Part shown: positions 48,589-58,056 of the stretch, in pieces
How positions within the stretch are numbered: the first letter of the stretch is position 1
How the letters are laid out: each line of letters starts with the position of its first letter
Source: Chitinophagales bacterium
GTDB lineage: Bacteria; Bacteroidota; Bacteroidia; Chitinophagales; BACL12
NCBI GenBank assembly: GCA_035439505.1
Contig: DAORKJ010000002.1
Location: forward strand, 20,735-84,734
Length of the DNA stretch: 64,000 bases
Reading direction: 5' to 3'
The notes under the pieces: generated by a model
Database searches by the model: none
Seen by the model: the letters and a program-made list of their open reading frames with translations, nothing else
What the model was told of the DNA's origin: nothing
Translations under genes and position numbers: made by a program

Positions 48589-49344
48589 ATGAGCTATAAA
48601 TTAACAGCAGATCATGTAAATGTTTGGTATGGTAATTTCCATGCTTTAAAAGATATTTCTATTCGAATCAGACCTAATACGGTAACTGCTTTTATTGGAC
48701 CCAGTGGTTGCGGTAAGTCTACGTTTTTACGCTTGATTAATCGCATGAACGATTACATCGATGGCTTTAGAATGGAAGGGCATATTTTAATAGATGAAAA
48801 AAATATTTACGCCAAAAGAGTACGCGTTGAAGAGTTGAGGAAAGAAGTAGGTATGGTTTTCCAAAAACCCAATCCTTTTCCAAAAACAATTTTTGATAAT
48901 GTGGTTTACGGATTAACCATTCGCGGTGTAAAAGATAAACATACCCTGGAAGAAGCATGTGAAAGCTCTCTGCGCCAGGCTGCTTTGTGGGATGAGGTAA
49001 AAGATAATCTCAAAAAATCGGCATTGGCATTAAGTGGTGGTCAACAACAACGTTTGTGTATTGCACGCACCCTTGCTGTTAAACCAACTGTAATATTAAT
49101 GGATGAACCGGCATCGGCTTTGGACCCGATTTCAACAGCTAAAATTGAAGACCTGATTGCTGAATTAAAACAGCATTACACGATAATTATTGTTACACAT
49201 AATATGCAACAGGCTGCGCGTATCAGCGACAGGACTGCATTCTTTTATTTGGGTGAATTAGTGGAATTTGATACTACAGTAAATATATTTACAGCACCTA
49301 AGGAAGAAAAAACACAAAGTTATATTACCGGCCGTTTTGGTTGA
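48589..49344 (+). CDS. pstB: Phosphate ABC transporter ATP-binding protein PstB, system 2
   Basis: It has [18 protein letters not shown] and [11 protein letters not shown] prefer the ATG at 48589 to the overlapping upstream start. Confidence 0.95.
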   Translation: MSYKLTADHVNVWYGNFHALKDISIRIRPNTVTAFIGPSGCGKSTFLRLINRMNDYIDGFRMEGHILIDEKNIYAKRVRVEELRKEVGMVFQKPNPFPKTIFDNVVYGLTIRGVKDKHTLEEACESSLRQAALWDEVKDNLKKSALALSGGQQQRLCIARTLAVKPTVILMDEPASALDPISTAKIEDLIAELKQHYTIIIVTHNMQQAARISDRTAFFYLGELVEFDTTVNIFTAPKEEKTQSYITGRFG

Positions 49345-49373
49345 TTTTAAATTCATTCAAATTTTTTAAAAAG

Positions 49374-50036
49374 ATGTCACAAATAGATAATCCTGTTCAC
49401 AATCTCAAAGAAGAATTGGGACAAATGTTTCAGTTAGTTTCTACGCAATTAACAAAAGCGAAAGAAGCATTGACAAAATTTGACAAAGATTTAGCGCGTG
49501 AAGTAATTCAAATTGAAAAACGTGTAAACGGGCAGGAGCTACAAATTGACAGAATTGCTGAAAATTTCATCGCACTGTATTCACCGGTTGCAATTGATTT
49601 ACGATTTGTGTTGGCAGTTTTAAAAATCAACAATAACCTCGAACGTATTGGCGATATTGCTGAAGGTATTTCCAAATATATTATCGAATCGAATGGCCCG
49701 CTCGATCAAAAACTCATGGAGGAAAGTAATGTAATACCAATGTATGAAGCGGCAGTGAGAATGTTGGAGGAAACTAAAGTTGCATTTGAATCGGAAGATA
49801 CACTTATCGCTAGAAAAATATTTAAGAGCGACGATTACTTAGACCATATTAATATTGAAGCCATTCAGAATTTAACTGAAGGTATGAAAAGCGACCCTTC
49901 AAAAATAACCGACGCTTTATATATTATTTCCATTATCCGCAAGTTGGAACGTATTGGAGACCAATTAAAAAATATTGCGGAAGAAATAATTTTCTACATT
50001 GAAGCGAAAGTGTTGAAACACGCGAAGCTTAAATAA
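49374..50036 (+). CDS. phoU: Phosphate signaling complex protein PhoU
   Basis: It has two helical repeats, each ending in an ERIGD motif. It lies directly after pstB, and I prefer the ATG at 49374. Confidence 0.9.
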   Translation: MSQIDNPVHNLKEELGQMFQLVSTQLTKAKEALTKFDKDLAREVIQIEKRVNGQELQIDRIAENFIALYSPVAIDLRFVLAVLKINNNLERIGDIAEGISKYIIESNGPLDQKLMEESNVIPMYEAAVRMLEETKVAFESEDTLIARKIFKSDDYLDHINIEAIQNLTEGMKSDPSKITDALYIISIIRKLERIGDQLKNIAEEIIFYIEAKVLKHAKLK

Positions 50037-50250
50037 TACCTATTATAAGTCTATTCTCTGTTAGGTTAATTACCTAAATGTTATTCGCCATCTGAATTGC
50101 TGTTAGCTGCTATTGCTATTTCAAATATTTACAGTATTTGATTGCACTTACCTGATTAGTGCTTGTTATGTTTTTTGTTTACCGAAAACCGGCTGCTATG
50201 TATCCTCGTATATAGCTTCAAACAATTTATTCAAACAAAAAAACATAACA

Positions 50251-50802
50251 ATGAAAAAAGTAACTAAATTATTTGCAGTAGCTGCAATAGCGTTTGTGTC
50301 GAATGTAAGTATTGCGCAAACCGTAACAGTAGGAGGCGAAGCCATGTATCCTAAAAAAGATATTATTGACAATGCTGTTAATTCAAAAGACCATACAACC
50401 TTAGTAGCAGCAGTTCAAGCAGCGGGATTGGTAGAAACTTTAAAAACAGCCGGTCCTTTTACCGTTTTTGCACCGGTTAACGATGCATTTGAAAATTTGC
50501 CTGAAGGAACTGTTACCACTTTATTAAAACCTGAGAATAAAGCAACCTTATCTACAGTGTTAACTTATCACGTTGTTGCAGGAAAATTGGACTTTAATGC
50601 CATAGCAAAATTGATAAAAGAAAATAAAGGTGTAGCTACATTAACCACTGTAAGCGGTGGAAAATTAATGGCGATGATGAACGGCGAACATAATATTCAG
50701 TTGAAAGACGAAAACGGCTCCCTCATCAATATTACTACTTACGATGTTTACCAAAGTAACGGTGTAATACATGTAATTGACAGGGTTGCTTTACCAAAAT
50801 AA
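50251..50802 (+). CDS. Fasciclin (FAS1) domain secreted protein
   Basis: It has a signal peptide from MKKVTKLF and the FTVFAPVNDAF and VIHVIDRVALP motifs. Confidence 0.85.
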   Translation: MKKVTKLFAVAAIAFVSNVSIAQTVTVGGEAMYPKKDIIDNAVNSKDHTTLVAAVQAAGLVETLKTAGPFTVFAPVNDAFENLPEGTVTTLLKPENKATLSTVLTYHVVAGKLDFNAIAKLIKENKGVATLTTVSGGKLMAMMNGEHNIQLKDENGSLINITTYDVYQSNGVIHVIDRVALPK

Positions 50803-50823
50803 GTGTGGTTGCCTAACAAATAG

Positions 50824-50852
50824 AAGGGTTCCGGTTTCCGGGGCCCTTTTTT
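50824..50852 (+). terminator. Intrinsic terminator after the fasciclin gene
   Basis: AAGGGTTCCGG-ttt-CCGGGGCCCTT forms a stem with two G-U pairs and is followed by T6. Confidence 0.65.
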
Positions 50853-50896
50853 GGTTAAATGATGATTTATATCATAAACTGTTTGCCAATGTTCCT

Positions 50897-50904
50897 TACC
50901 TTTG
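50897..50904 (+). promoter_or_regulatory. -7 promoter box for the 50919-52657 three-gene module
   Basis: TACCTTTG matches TAnnTTTG, and the ATG follows 14 nt later. The same spacing is seen at pstS-1b and prx. Confidence 0.4.
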
Positions 50905-50918
50905 CAGTGGATTAGTGT

Positions 50919-51296
50919 ATGAAAAGGACATTTGCCATTTTTATTACCTTTTGTTACCTCTCTGGTGTGTTTGCGCCCTTTTATACCTATGCCGGCTACT
51001 TTTTGAATAAAGATTTCATTATCGAAAACTTTTGTATCAATAAAAACAAACCAGAGCTGGAATGTGATGGTAAGTGTTATCTCAACAAACAAATAGCCGA
51101 ACAAACTCAAAAAACAGCCGATGCTCAAACACCGGTTAACGAAAATATGAAATCACTAACTGCACATGAAATAGTGAGTGATAATCAAATAACTTTTTTC
51201 CCTTCAAAGTTGCTGCTGAAACAATCCCTGCCTTTAAAAACAGCATCCTTCAACGGTGTTCCGGCCGTTTACTCGCCTCCCGAAATTTTAGCGTAA
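50919..51296 (+). CDS. Small membrane-anchored protein with a C-x9-C-x3-C motif
   Basis: It has an N-terminal hydrophobic helix followed by FCINKNKPELECDGKCYL. A promoter box lies upstream. I prefer it to the antisense ORF at 50748-51128. Confidence 0.55.
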   Translation: MKRTFAIFITFCYLSGVFAPFYTYAGYFLNKDFIIENFCINKNKPELECDGKCYLNKQIAEQTQKTADAQTPVNENMKSLTAHEIVSDNQITFFPSKLLLKQSLPLKTASFNGVPAVYSPPEILA

Positions 51297-51350
51297 AACA
51301 ACATGTTTATCCCGTTGTACTAATTTATTTACGTTTAAAATTTTAACAAA

Positions 51351-51755
51351 ATGAAAAATTATATTTTGGCTATTGCCACTATTGCTGCTATTACATTTAC
51401 TGCATGTAAAAATGATGATGATCCAATCGATGAACCGGAAGTTTACGATGTAACGTTTACAATTGTTGAACCAGAAGATGGTGCTGTGTTTACCTCAGGT
51501 GATGAGTTGCATATGGAAGTTGATTTCGAAGGAACTTTAGCATTAGGAAATGTTGAAATTCTTGCAATTAATCATACTACTGACGATACTATTGCACATA
51601 TAACTGCAACTACTACTGAAACATTTTATATGATTCACGAACATGCTGATTTATCAGTAACTGAAGTTTCTGAATGTCATTTTATTGTTTCAGCATGGCA
51701 AACAAATTATGCTGACCGCATTAGCGAAGAGATTGATTTCACTATTAATCCTTAA
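51351..51755 (+). CDS. Small acidic lipoprotein (probable beta-sandwich)
   Basis: It has the lipobox FTAC, an acidic beta-rich sequence and an HEH triad (MIHEHADL). Confidence 0.65.
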   Translation: MKNYILAIATIAAITFTACKNDDDPIDEPEVYDVTFTIVEPEDGAVFTSGDELHMEVDFEGTLALGNVEILAINHTTDDTIAHITATTTETFYMIHEHADLSVTEVSECHFIVSAWQTNYADRISEEIDFTINP

Positions 51756-51757
51756 TT

Positions 51758-52657
51758 ATGAAACGACTAACAATTGTAATTTTGATACTTATTGTCAAAA
51801 TTACAATAAGTCCGCTTAGCGCCTGCGACCAATGTGGATGTTCTGTTGCCGGGTCGTATAATAATGTGACAGCCTATGCGCATAATAATTATATGATGTT
51901 TAAGGCAGGTTATTATAAGTTTAGCACCGGAACAGCAACCAGCAAACTGCATAGCGAAATGTTTTCGGTTGATGCTATTGTCGGATATAACATAACCAAT
52001 CGTTTACATGTTTTGGCATTTGTGCCTTACCGATTAAATCAATTTTCGGGTGAGGATAATACCTATACAGTAAATGGTTTTGGCGATATGGGATTACTGG
52101 GGAATTATGTTGTGGCAACTAATCGCGACAACATGATGGCTAAGTACACTTATAGTTTAACAGTAAAAGCCGGTGTGGAATTACCAACCGGAAAATTTAT
52201 AGATGATTATCGCGCTTTAGGTGTTCCGGCTAATTTATCGGCAGGGTCTAAAACCTTTGATGGCATTACAGGCTTGCGATATATTTATAAAAGAAAAAGT
52301 ACCACTTTAATTGGTGATTATACATTTAAATACAATCCGGAAAACGAAGCAAATTATCGTTTTGGGAATCAACATACTGCAACAATTTTGGCTGCTCAAC
52401 GATTTATGCAATCAAAAACAGTTTTAACTCCTTATGTTGGTGTTACCGGCGAATTAGACGGTACGGATTTGTATCACGAAATCGAACAACATGGTACTAA
52501 AGGTGAAACGTTATTATTAAACAGTGGAATTGAATTGGGTTTCGGTGATTACATTGCCGGAATTACTGCAGATTTTCCTTTATATGCCAACTTTGGCGAA
52601 GAAGCGAAATCATCTCCACGTTACTCTTTGCGTTTTGCTTATATGTTAAATAACTGA
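51758..52657 (+). CDS. Outer-membrane beta-barrel of the MetA-pathway/transporter-like family with an N-terminal CDQCGC motif
   Basis: The signal peptide ends in LSAC (lipobox-like). Alternating beta-strand pattern, a GFGDMG motif and a C-terminal aromatic-rich strand are present. It starts 2 nt after the previous gene. Confidence 0.7.
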   Translation: MKRLTIVILILIVKITISPLSACDQCGCSVAGSYNNVTAYAHNNYMMFKAGYYKFSTGTATSKLHSEMFSVDAIVGYNITNRLHVLAFVPYRLNQFSGEDNTYTVNGFGDMGLLGNYVVATNRDNMMAKYTYSLTVKAGVELPTGKFIDDYRALGVPANLSAGSKTFDGITGLRYIYKRKSTTLIGDYTFKYNPENEANYRFGNQHTATILAAQRFMQSKTVLTPYVGVTGELDGTDLYHEIEQHGTKGETLLLNSGIELGFGDYIAGITADFPLYANFGEEAKSSPRYSLRFAYMLNN

Positions 52658-52676
52658 CACGTATCCATTAATAAAG

Positions 52677-52708
52677 AAGGTCCTTCGTTGTTGGGGGGCC
52701 TTTTTTGT
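52677..52708 (+). terminator. Intrinsic terminator after the three-gene module
   Basis: AAGGTCC...GGGCCTT forms a stem with one G-U pair and is followed by TTTTTTGTTTTT. Confidence 0.6.
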
Positions 52709-52894
52709 TTTTCGGATGGATGGTATCTTTTAATTTGTTGTTGGCAACATCATTAAAACAATAATACTATTTTCTGTAAATGATATTATTAATAATTAAT
52801 GACCTGCATTTATTAAAATGATTATTTAGTAATAATTAAATGATAAAGATGGGGAAGTATGTACGGTTAGCCCGGATGGAAGCGGAAACTAACT

Positions 52895-52934
52895 AATGTG
52901 TTAATGTGTTGATGTACCGATGTACCAATGTGAA
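52895..52934. repeat. Five-unit 8-bp tandem array (AATGTGTT x2, GATGTACC x2, AATGTGAA)
   Basis: I read this directly from the sequence. ATGT recurs with an exact 8-bp period five times. Confidence 0.7.
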
Positions 52935-53093
52935 ACAGCCGGTGAGAAGGGGGAATTTAATTTTTAAGACGAATGGGAAGGCGGAGGTAGTTTGAGGCGG
53001 AAAATTTAATGCGTAGTTGTGTTAGTTGCAGCGGACAGCCGGTTCGGATTGTTTTGATAAGGAGGATGTTGATGCTCCAAAAAATAATACCAT

Positions 53094-53124
53094 AAAAAAA
53101 GGCCTCCGTGTGGAGACCTTTTTA
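53094..53124 (-). terminator. Intrinsic terminator after rny (hairpin usable on both strands)
   Basis: AGGCCTCC-gtgt-GGAGACCT forms the stem, flanked by A7 and T5. Confidence 0.6.
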
Positions 53125-53140
53125 TGATTTTCTGTTTAAT

Positions 53141-54736
53141 TTATTTTGCAAAAGAAATTGCACGTTTTTCGCGAATAACAGTCACTTTGATATGACCCGG
53201 ATATTGCATTTCGTCCTGAATTTTTTGCGCGATACTGAATGATAATTCTTCAGCAACTTTATCGCTCACTTTTTCAGCTTCAACAATAACACGTAATTCG
53301 CGACCGGCTTGAATGGCGTATGCTTTTTCAACACCATCGTTTGCCAATGCAAGATTTTCCATTTCTTTAATACGTTTTAAATAACTCTCGAGAATTTCTC
53401 TACGAGCACCCGGACGGGCACCGCTAATAGCATCACAAGCCTGCACGATAGGAGAAATTACATATTGCATTTCAATCTCATCGTGGTGAGCACCAACTGC
53501 GTTTACGATAGCTGCATGCTCGCCGTATTTTTCACATAATTTAGCACCTAACAATGCGTGACTTAATTCTGATTCCTCCTCAGGTACTTTACCAATATCG
53601 TGGAGTAAACCTGCCCGTTTGGCGAGTTTTGGATTTAAGCCTAATTCTGCTGCCATTACAGCGCAAAGGTTAGCAACCTCGCGACTATGTTGTAATAAAT
53701 TTTGACCATAAGAAGAACGGAAGCGCATGCGGCCAACCATTCTGATTAATTCAGGATGCACACCGGTAACACCTAATTCGATAACTGTACGTTCGCCAAT
53801 TTCGTTGATGTGCTCTTCCATTTGTTTTTTGGTTTTAGCCACCACTTCTTCGATACGAGCAGGGTGAATACGACCGTCGGCAACAAGACGTTGCAAACTC
53901 AAACGGGCAACTTCACGGCGAACCGGGTCAAAACCACTTATAATAATTGTTTCAGGTGTATCATCAACAATAAATTCAACTCCTGTTGCAGCTTCCAATG
54001 CGCGAATATTTCGTCCTTCACGCCCGATAATCTGCCCTTTTTGGTCGTCGCTGTCGAGGTTAAATACCGATACTGAATTTTCGATTGCTTGCTCGGCTGC
54101 GGTGCGTTGAATAGTTTGAAGAATAATTTTTTTAGCTTCTTTATTGGCTTTGAGTTTAGCCTCTTCCACAATTTCTTTAATGTGCGACATCGCCTTGTTG
54201 CGGGCTTCGTCTTTTAATGCTTCCATTAACTCGGTGCGCGCCTGATCGGCTGTTAATTTGGCAACATCTTCCAGTTTGCGAATATGTGTTTCGTAAGCTT
54301 TGTCTAATTCGCCTTTTTTCAAATTTACCACCTCAAGCTGTTTCGCTAAATTATCTTTCAGGGTATTGAGTTCGGCTTCTTTTTTACTGTATTGTTGTTG
54401 TTGTTGACCAAGTTGCGACTCTTTTTGTTTCATGCGCATTTCCTGCTCTTCCAACTTCAGCACTTTTTGCTGGCGTTCTTTTTCTACCTCGGCTTTTTGC
54501 TGAATCATCTGGTCTTTAATTTCCAGTGATTTCTCTTTTTTGTAAGCGTCAGCGTCGTTTTTACTTTTTTGAATAATGAGTTCGGCCTCTTTTTTTGCAG
54601 CTGAAATCGTTTCTTCAGCCTCTCTTTCGGCGAATTGTTTCTGATTTTTCGATTGGCCGAAAATCAGTCGCCCTACAATAATTCCCGCTATCAAGGCTAC
54701 TGCGCCGATGATAACGTACATCAAAGTGTCGTTCAT
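53141..54736 (-). CDS. rny: Ribonuclease Y
   Basis: It has an N-terminal TM helix, a long coiled coil, a KH domain ([15 protein letters not shown]) and an HD domain (LLHDIGK). Confidence 0.95.
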   Translation of the reverse strand: MNDTLMYVIIGAVALIAGIIVGRLIFGQSKNQKQFAEREAEETISAAKKEAELIIQKSKNDADAYKKEKSLEIKDQMIQQKAEVEKERQQKVLKLEEQEMRMKQKESQLGQQQQQYSKKEAELNTLKDNLAKQLEVVNLKKGELDKAYETHIRKLEDVAKLTADQARTELMEALKDEARNKAMSHIKEIVEEAKLKANKEAKKIILQTIQRTAAEQAIENSVSVFNLDSDDQKGQIIGREGRNIRALEAATGVEFIVDDTPETIIISGFDPVRREVARLSLQRLVADGRIHPARIEEVVAKTKKQMEEHINEIGERTVIELGVTGVHPELIRMVGRMRFRSSYGQNLLQHSREVANLCAVMAAELGLNPKLAKRAGLLHDIGKVPEEESELSHALLGAKLCEKYGEHAAIVNAVGAHHDEIEMQYVISPIVQACDAISGARPGARREILESYLKRIKEMENLALANDGVEKAYAIQAGRELRVIVEAEKVSDKVAEELSFSIAQKIQDEMQYPGHIKVTVIREKRAISFAK

Positions 54737-54804
54737 ATATATGGTTTTATGATGAAGGACCTTACTGACTAAAAACCAAGCTGAACCGGCGATTTGGGAG
54801 AAGA

Positions 54805-55119
54805 TTAAGGATGCAAAGCTTTGCTTATCTGCTGATTGAGCTGCTCTAACTCGGCCGAAAAATCGGTTTCCGCTATAATCGGTTCCGGTTGTTTTTGCTC
54901 GGCCCCCAATTGCTCTACCATCATGGTGAGCACCGTCATTGCCAGATAATCCTGCTTGTCGTTACCGGCATGCTGCATCTGGAGGTCCTTTATTTTTTCA
55001 GCGATAATTCTTGCTGCTTTTCTTACAATTTCTTCTTCCTCAGGCTTTACTTTAAGCCTGTATGGCCTGTCGCAAATCGTAACATGAATATTTAACAATT
55101 TGCTTTCTTCAGTATCCAT
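54805..55119 (-). CDS. zapA: Cell division protein ZapA
   Basis: It is about 100 aa with an N-terminal beta region ([14 protein letters not shown]) and a C-terminal helix. The position upstream of rny is conserved. Confidence 0.85.
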   Translation of the reverse strand: MDTEESKLLNIHVTICDRPYRLKVKPEEEEIVRKAARIIAEKIKDLQMQHAGNDKQDYLAMTVLTMMVEQLGAEQKQPEPIIAETDFSAELEQLNQQISKALHP

Positions 55120-55207
55120 TGGTTTTTATGGTATTCAGTTTGTCCAATTGGGACTAAAGTTAACCAAAGATTACGAAAATGCTAATTGGGGTAAGGTAAG
55201 TTTTGGC

Positions 55208-55516
55208 TCAGTCGTTGAGCATAGCGATGCAGTTGTCTACTTCTTTAATCAGTTCGTTGATTCGTTTTTTCACCTCTGCTTTGTCCTCGGGTAATTCGCT
55301 ACTGTTGCTGGAAATTGCGATGGATTGGGCGGTTTTGACGATTTCGAACTGCTTTTCAAGCTCTTCTATCTTCCGGTTTTTATCGGCTAAACCCCTTCGC
55401 TGAGCGTCTACCTGCTGTTTCAGGATTTCATTTTCTCCCTTTACAGCCTGGTAACTTCTCAACAACCGGTCTAAATTGGTCCGAAGTGCCTGTAATTGTT
55501 CTTGCGTAGCGCTCAT
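55208..55516 (-). CDS. Small coiled-coil protein
   Basis: The 102-aa product has heptad-like, Gln/Glu/Lys-rich sequence throughout. It sits between pheT and zapA. Confidence 0.6.
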   Translation of the reverse strand: MSATQEQLQALRTNLDRLLRSYQAVKGENEILKQQVDAQRRGLADKNRKIEELEKQFEIVKTAQSIAISSNSSELPEDKAEVKKRINELIKEVDNCIAMLND

Positions 55517-55539
55517 TGGTGGTTAAAAGTAAACATTTT

Positions 55540-57984
55540 TTATTTTCTTATCAGGGCGCCGAGTTCAGATTCGCAACGCGTCATCAATTTTTTCATAACA
55601 CCATCTACATCCGAATCGGTTAAAGTCCGTTCGTCGTTGCTAAAGGTTAATCCAATAGCATAACTTTTTTTGCCTTCCAGTTTTTCGCCTTCGTAAACGT
55701 CAAACAGAATCAAATCTTTTAATATCGGTTTGCCCTCTTTTTTAGCGATGGCGGCAATAGCATCGTAGTTAACCGATTTGTCGATTACCAATGCTAAATC
55801 GCGGCGAACTTCCGGAAATTTAGTTATTTCTTTAAAGGTCACTTTTCTGGATGCCATTTTTTCCAGCATCATATTCCAATCCAGTTCGGCAAAATAAACA
55901 GGTTGTTTAATATCAAAATCGGCGAGTATTTGTTTTTTAATACTACCGCAGCAGCCTATTACTTTTCCACCCACTGAAATTGTTGCACCTTGCTCAAAAA
56001 GTGGTGATAAATCATTTTGATTATCATTGCCAATTGGTGACCAATCACCTTTACAATTCATTTTATTTAATAAAGCATCAACAGCTGCTTTAATATCGTA
56101 AAAGTCCGTTTTGCGATTGATTATTTTCCAATTTTCGAGATATTTATTACCTGAAATAAACATGCCTATTTTTTCAGCTTCCTGATAAGTTTCCGATTTA
56201 CTGTATACTCTGCCAAATTCAAATAAAGCTAAATCAGTTTGTTTGTGATTGCTATTATATCCAATTACTTCAAGTCCGGTAAATGCCATGGTTAATCGCA
56301 TGCTATCCAATTCAGCATTTAAAGAATTTAATAAGTTTACCTGTTTTGGTGCAAATTCTGGTAAATAATTTTGAGCATATTTAGAACGTGAAATGGCATT
56401 GGTAAATATTTCATAAAAACCAGTGCTCACTAAATAATTAATTGTTTCCAGTTTCACTTTTTCTTTATCCGGTTTAGGACTTACCAGATAAGGAGTTTTT
56501 ATGGTTGCCGGAACTTGAATATTATTAAATCCATGCATGCGCAATATTTCTTCAATAATGTCTATTTCACGAATTACATCATTTTTATATGTAGGCACTT
56601 TCAATTGTAAAACATCATCTGTTTGTTGAGCTACAGTAATATTCAGTGCTTCCAGAATGGTAATGATGTTTGCTGTAGGTAATTGTAATGTGCTTATTTT
56701 AGCTAAACGACTTAAGCGCAGGTTTACCTGGTATTCAGGCATTTTATTTGGGTAGATGTCAACAATGTCTCCGGCAATTTCACCACCACAAATTGATTGA
56801 ATTAATGATATAGCATGTTGCAATGCGACAACAGTTGATTCGATATCTGTTCCTTTTGCGAAACGTGCAGAAGCATCAGTTTTTAATCCATGCACCGATT
56901 CAGTCCTTCTGATATACGAAGGATTAAAATAAGCACTTTCTAAAAAAACTTGTTGTGTTGTAGTTGTTACACCGGAATGTAAACCGCCATAAACACCTGC
57001 AATACACATACCGCCATTGGCATCACAAATCATTAAATCTTGTTCACTTAATTTTCTTTCTTTACCATCAAGTGTAATAAATGTTGTGTTTTGTGGAACA
57101 GTTTTTACAATGATGGTATTACCTTCAATTTTATCTGCGTCAAATGCATGTAATGGTTGACCGTAGAGTTGTAAAATATAATTAGTAATATCTACAACAT
57201 TATTAATTGGACGCATACCAATTGCACGCAATTTATTTTGCAACCATTTTGGTGATTCACCAACAACAATATTTTTTAATAATACACCCGAATATCGAGG
57301 ACATGCTGCAGTATTTTCAACCTGAACCTTTATAGCAGCAGGAAGTGAATTTACAGAGATATTATTTTGTTGTGTAGATATTAATTCCGGTTTACCTAAA
57401 CCACGTGAGATTAATGCAGCACGCAATTCTCTTGCGGTACCGGTATGTGAATTGGCATCAGCATGATTGGCAGTTAATCCAATTTCGATTATTGTATCAT
57501 TGTAAACGTCAAATAAAGTTTTAACGGCTGTTCCTGGAGTGGAATTTTCCGGTAAAATTTTTAAACCATCGTGACTTTCGCCAATACCAATTTCATCTTC
57601 GGCACATAACATACCGCTGCTTTCAACACCGCGTATTTTTGCTTTTTTTATAGTAAATGGCTCTCCTTTAATTGGGTAAATGGTAGTTCCGGGAATGGCA
57701 ACAATTACTTTTTGTCCGACAGCAACGTTTGGTGCACCGCAAACAATTTGTAGTAATTCATCTGTACCAATATTTACCCTAGTTACTTTTAATTTATCGG
57801 CATCTGCGTGTTTTTCGCAGCTCATTACTTCGCCAACAACTAGTCCTTCAAGGCCTCCGTTAATAGTTGAAAATGGATATACACCTTCTACTTCTAATCC
57901 GATATCAGTTAACAGAACGGCAGCTTCATTTGCTGTCATGCTGAGTGGTAATAATTCATTGAGCCAGTTCCAGGATATTTTCAT
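55540..57984 (-). CDS. pheT: Phenylalanine--tRNA ligase beta subunit
   Basis: The MKISWNWLNELL N-terminus, the tRNA-binding domain, the B3/4 and B5 regions and the length (about 814 aa) all fit. Confidence 0.95.
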   Translation of the reverse strand: MKISWNWLNELLPLSMTANEAAVLLTDIGLEVEGVYPFSTINGGLEGLVVGEVMSCEKHADADKLKVTRVNIGTDELLQIVCGAPNVAVGQKVIVAIPGTTIYPIKGEPFTIKKAKIRGVESSGMLCAEDEIGIGESHDGLKILPENSTPGTAVKTLFDVYNDTIIEIGLTANHADANSHTGTARELRAALISRGLGKPELISTQQNNISVNSLPAAIKVQVENTAACPRYSGVLLKNIVVGESPKWLQNKLRAIGMRPINNVVDITNYILQLYGQPLHAFDADKIEGNTIIVKTVPQNTTFITLDGKERKLSEQDLMICDANGGMCIAGVYGGLHSGVTTTTQQVFLESAYFNPSYIRRTESVHGLKTDASARFAKGTDIESTVVALQHAISLIQSICGGEIAGDIVDIYPNKMPEYQVNLRLSRLAKISTLQLPTANIITILEALNITVAQQTDDVLQLKVPTYKNDVIREIDIIEEILRMHGFNNIQVPATIKTPYLVSPKPDKEKVKLETINYLVSTGFYEIFTNAISRSKYAQNYLPEFAPKQVNLLNSLNAELDSMRLTMAFTGLEVIGYNSNHKQTDLALFEFGRVYSKSETYQEAEKIGMFISGNKYLENWKIINRKTDFYDIKAAVDALLNKMNCKGDWSPIGNDNQNDLSPLFEQGATISVGGKVIGCCGSIKKQILADFDIKQPVYFAELDWNMMLEKMASRKVTFKEITKFPEVRRDLALVIDKSVNYDAIAAIAKKEGKPILKDLILFDVYEGEKLEGKKSYAIGLTFSNDERTLTDSDVDGVMKKLMTRCESELGALIRK

Positions 57985-58056
57985 ATCCCGCAAATTTAAT
58001 AACAGTTGCGTTAAGGCTATATAATTTGGAAGATAATAGGAGCAGCTGACTTAAAA

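Noticed and set aside
25203-50036. The phosphate gene concentration considered as a horizontally acquired island
   Set aside because: There is no integrase, transposase, flanking tRNA or direct repeat. I saw no obvious compositional shift, and housekeeping genes (lnt, ATPase, suhB-like) are interspersed.
50748-51128. 126-aa minus-strand ORF and the 50777-51010 plus-strand ORF
   Set aside because: They run across the fasciclin terminator hairpin and the promoter box. The plus-strand ORF at 50919-51296 has a better start context and an N-terminal membrane helix.
52895-52934. The 8-bp tandem array considered as a CRISPR or minisatellite
   Set aside because: The units are only 8 bp with no spacers, there are only five of them, and there are no cas genes. 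I report it as an unexplained short tandem repeat only.
54737-55207. Possible 6S RNA (ssrS) next to zapA, by analogy with the E. coli zapA-ssrS arrangement
   Set aside because: The non-coding gaps flanking zapA are only 68 and 88 nt, which is too short for a roughly 180-nt 6S RNA. I saw no extended imperfect hairpin.
57680-58024. 114-aa plus-strand ORF
   Set aside because: It is antisense to the 5' end of pheT and is a shadow ORF.
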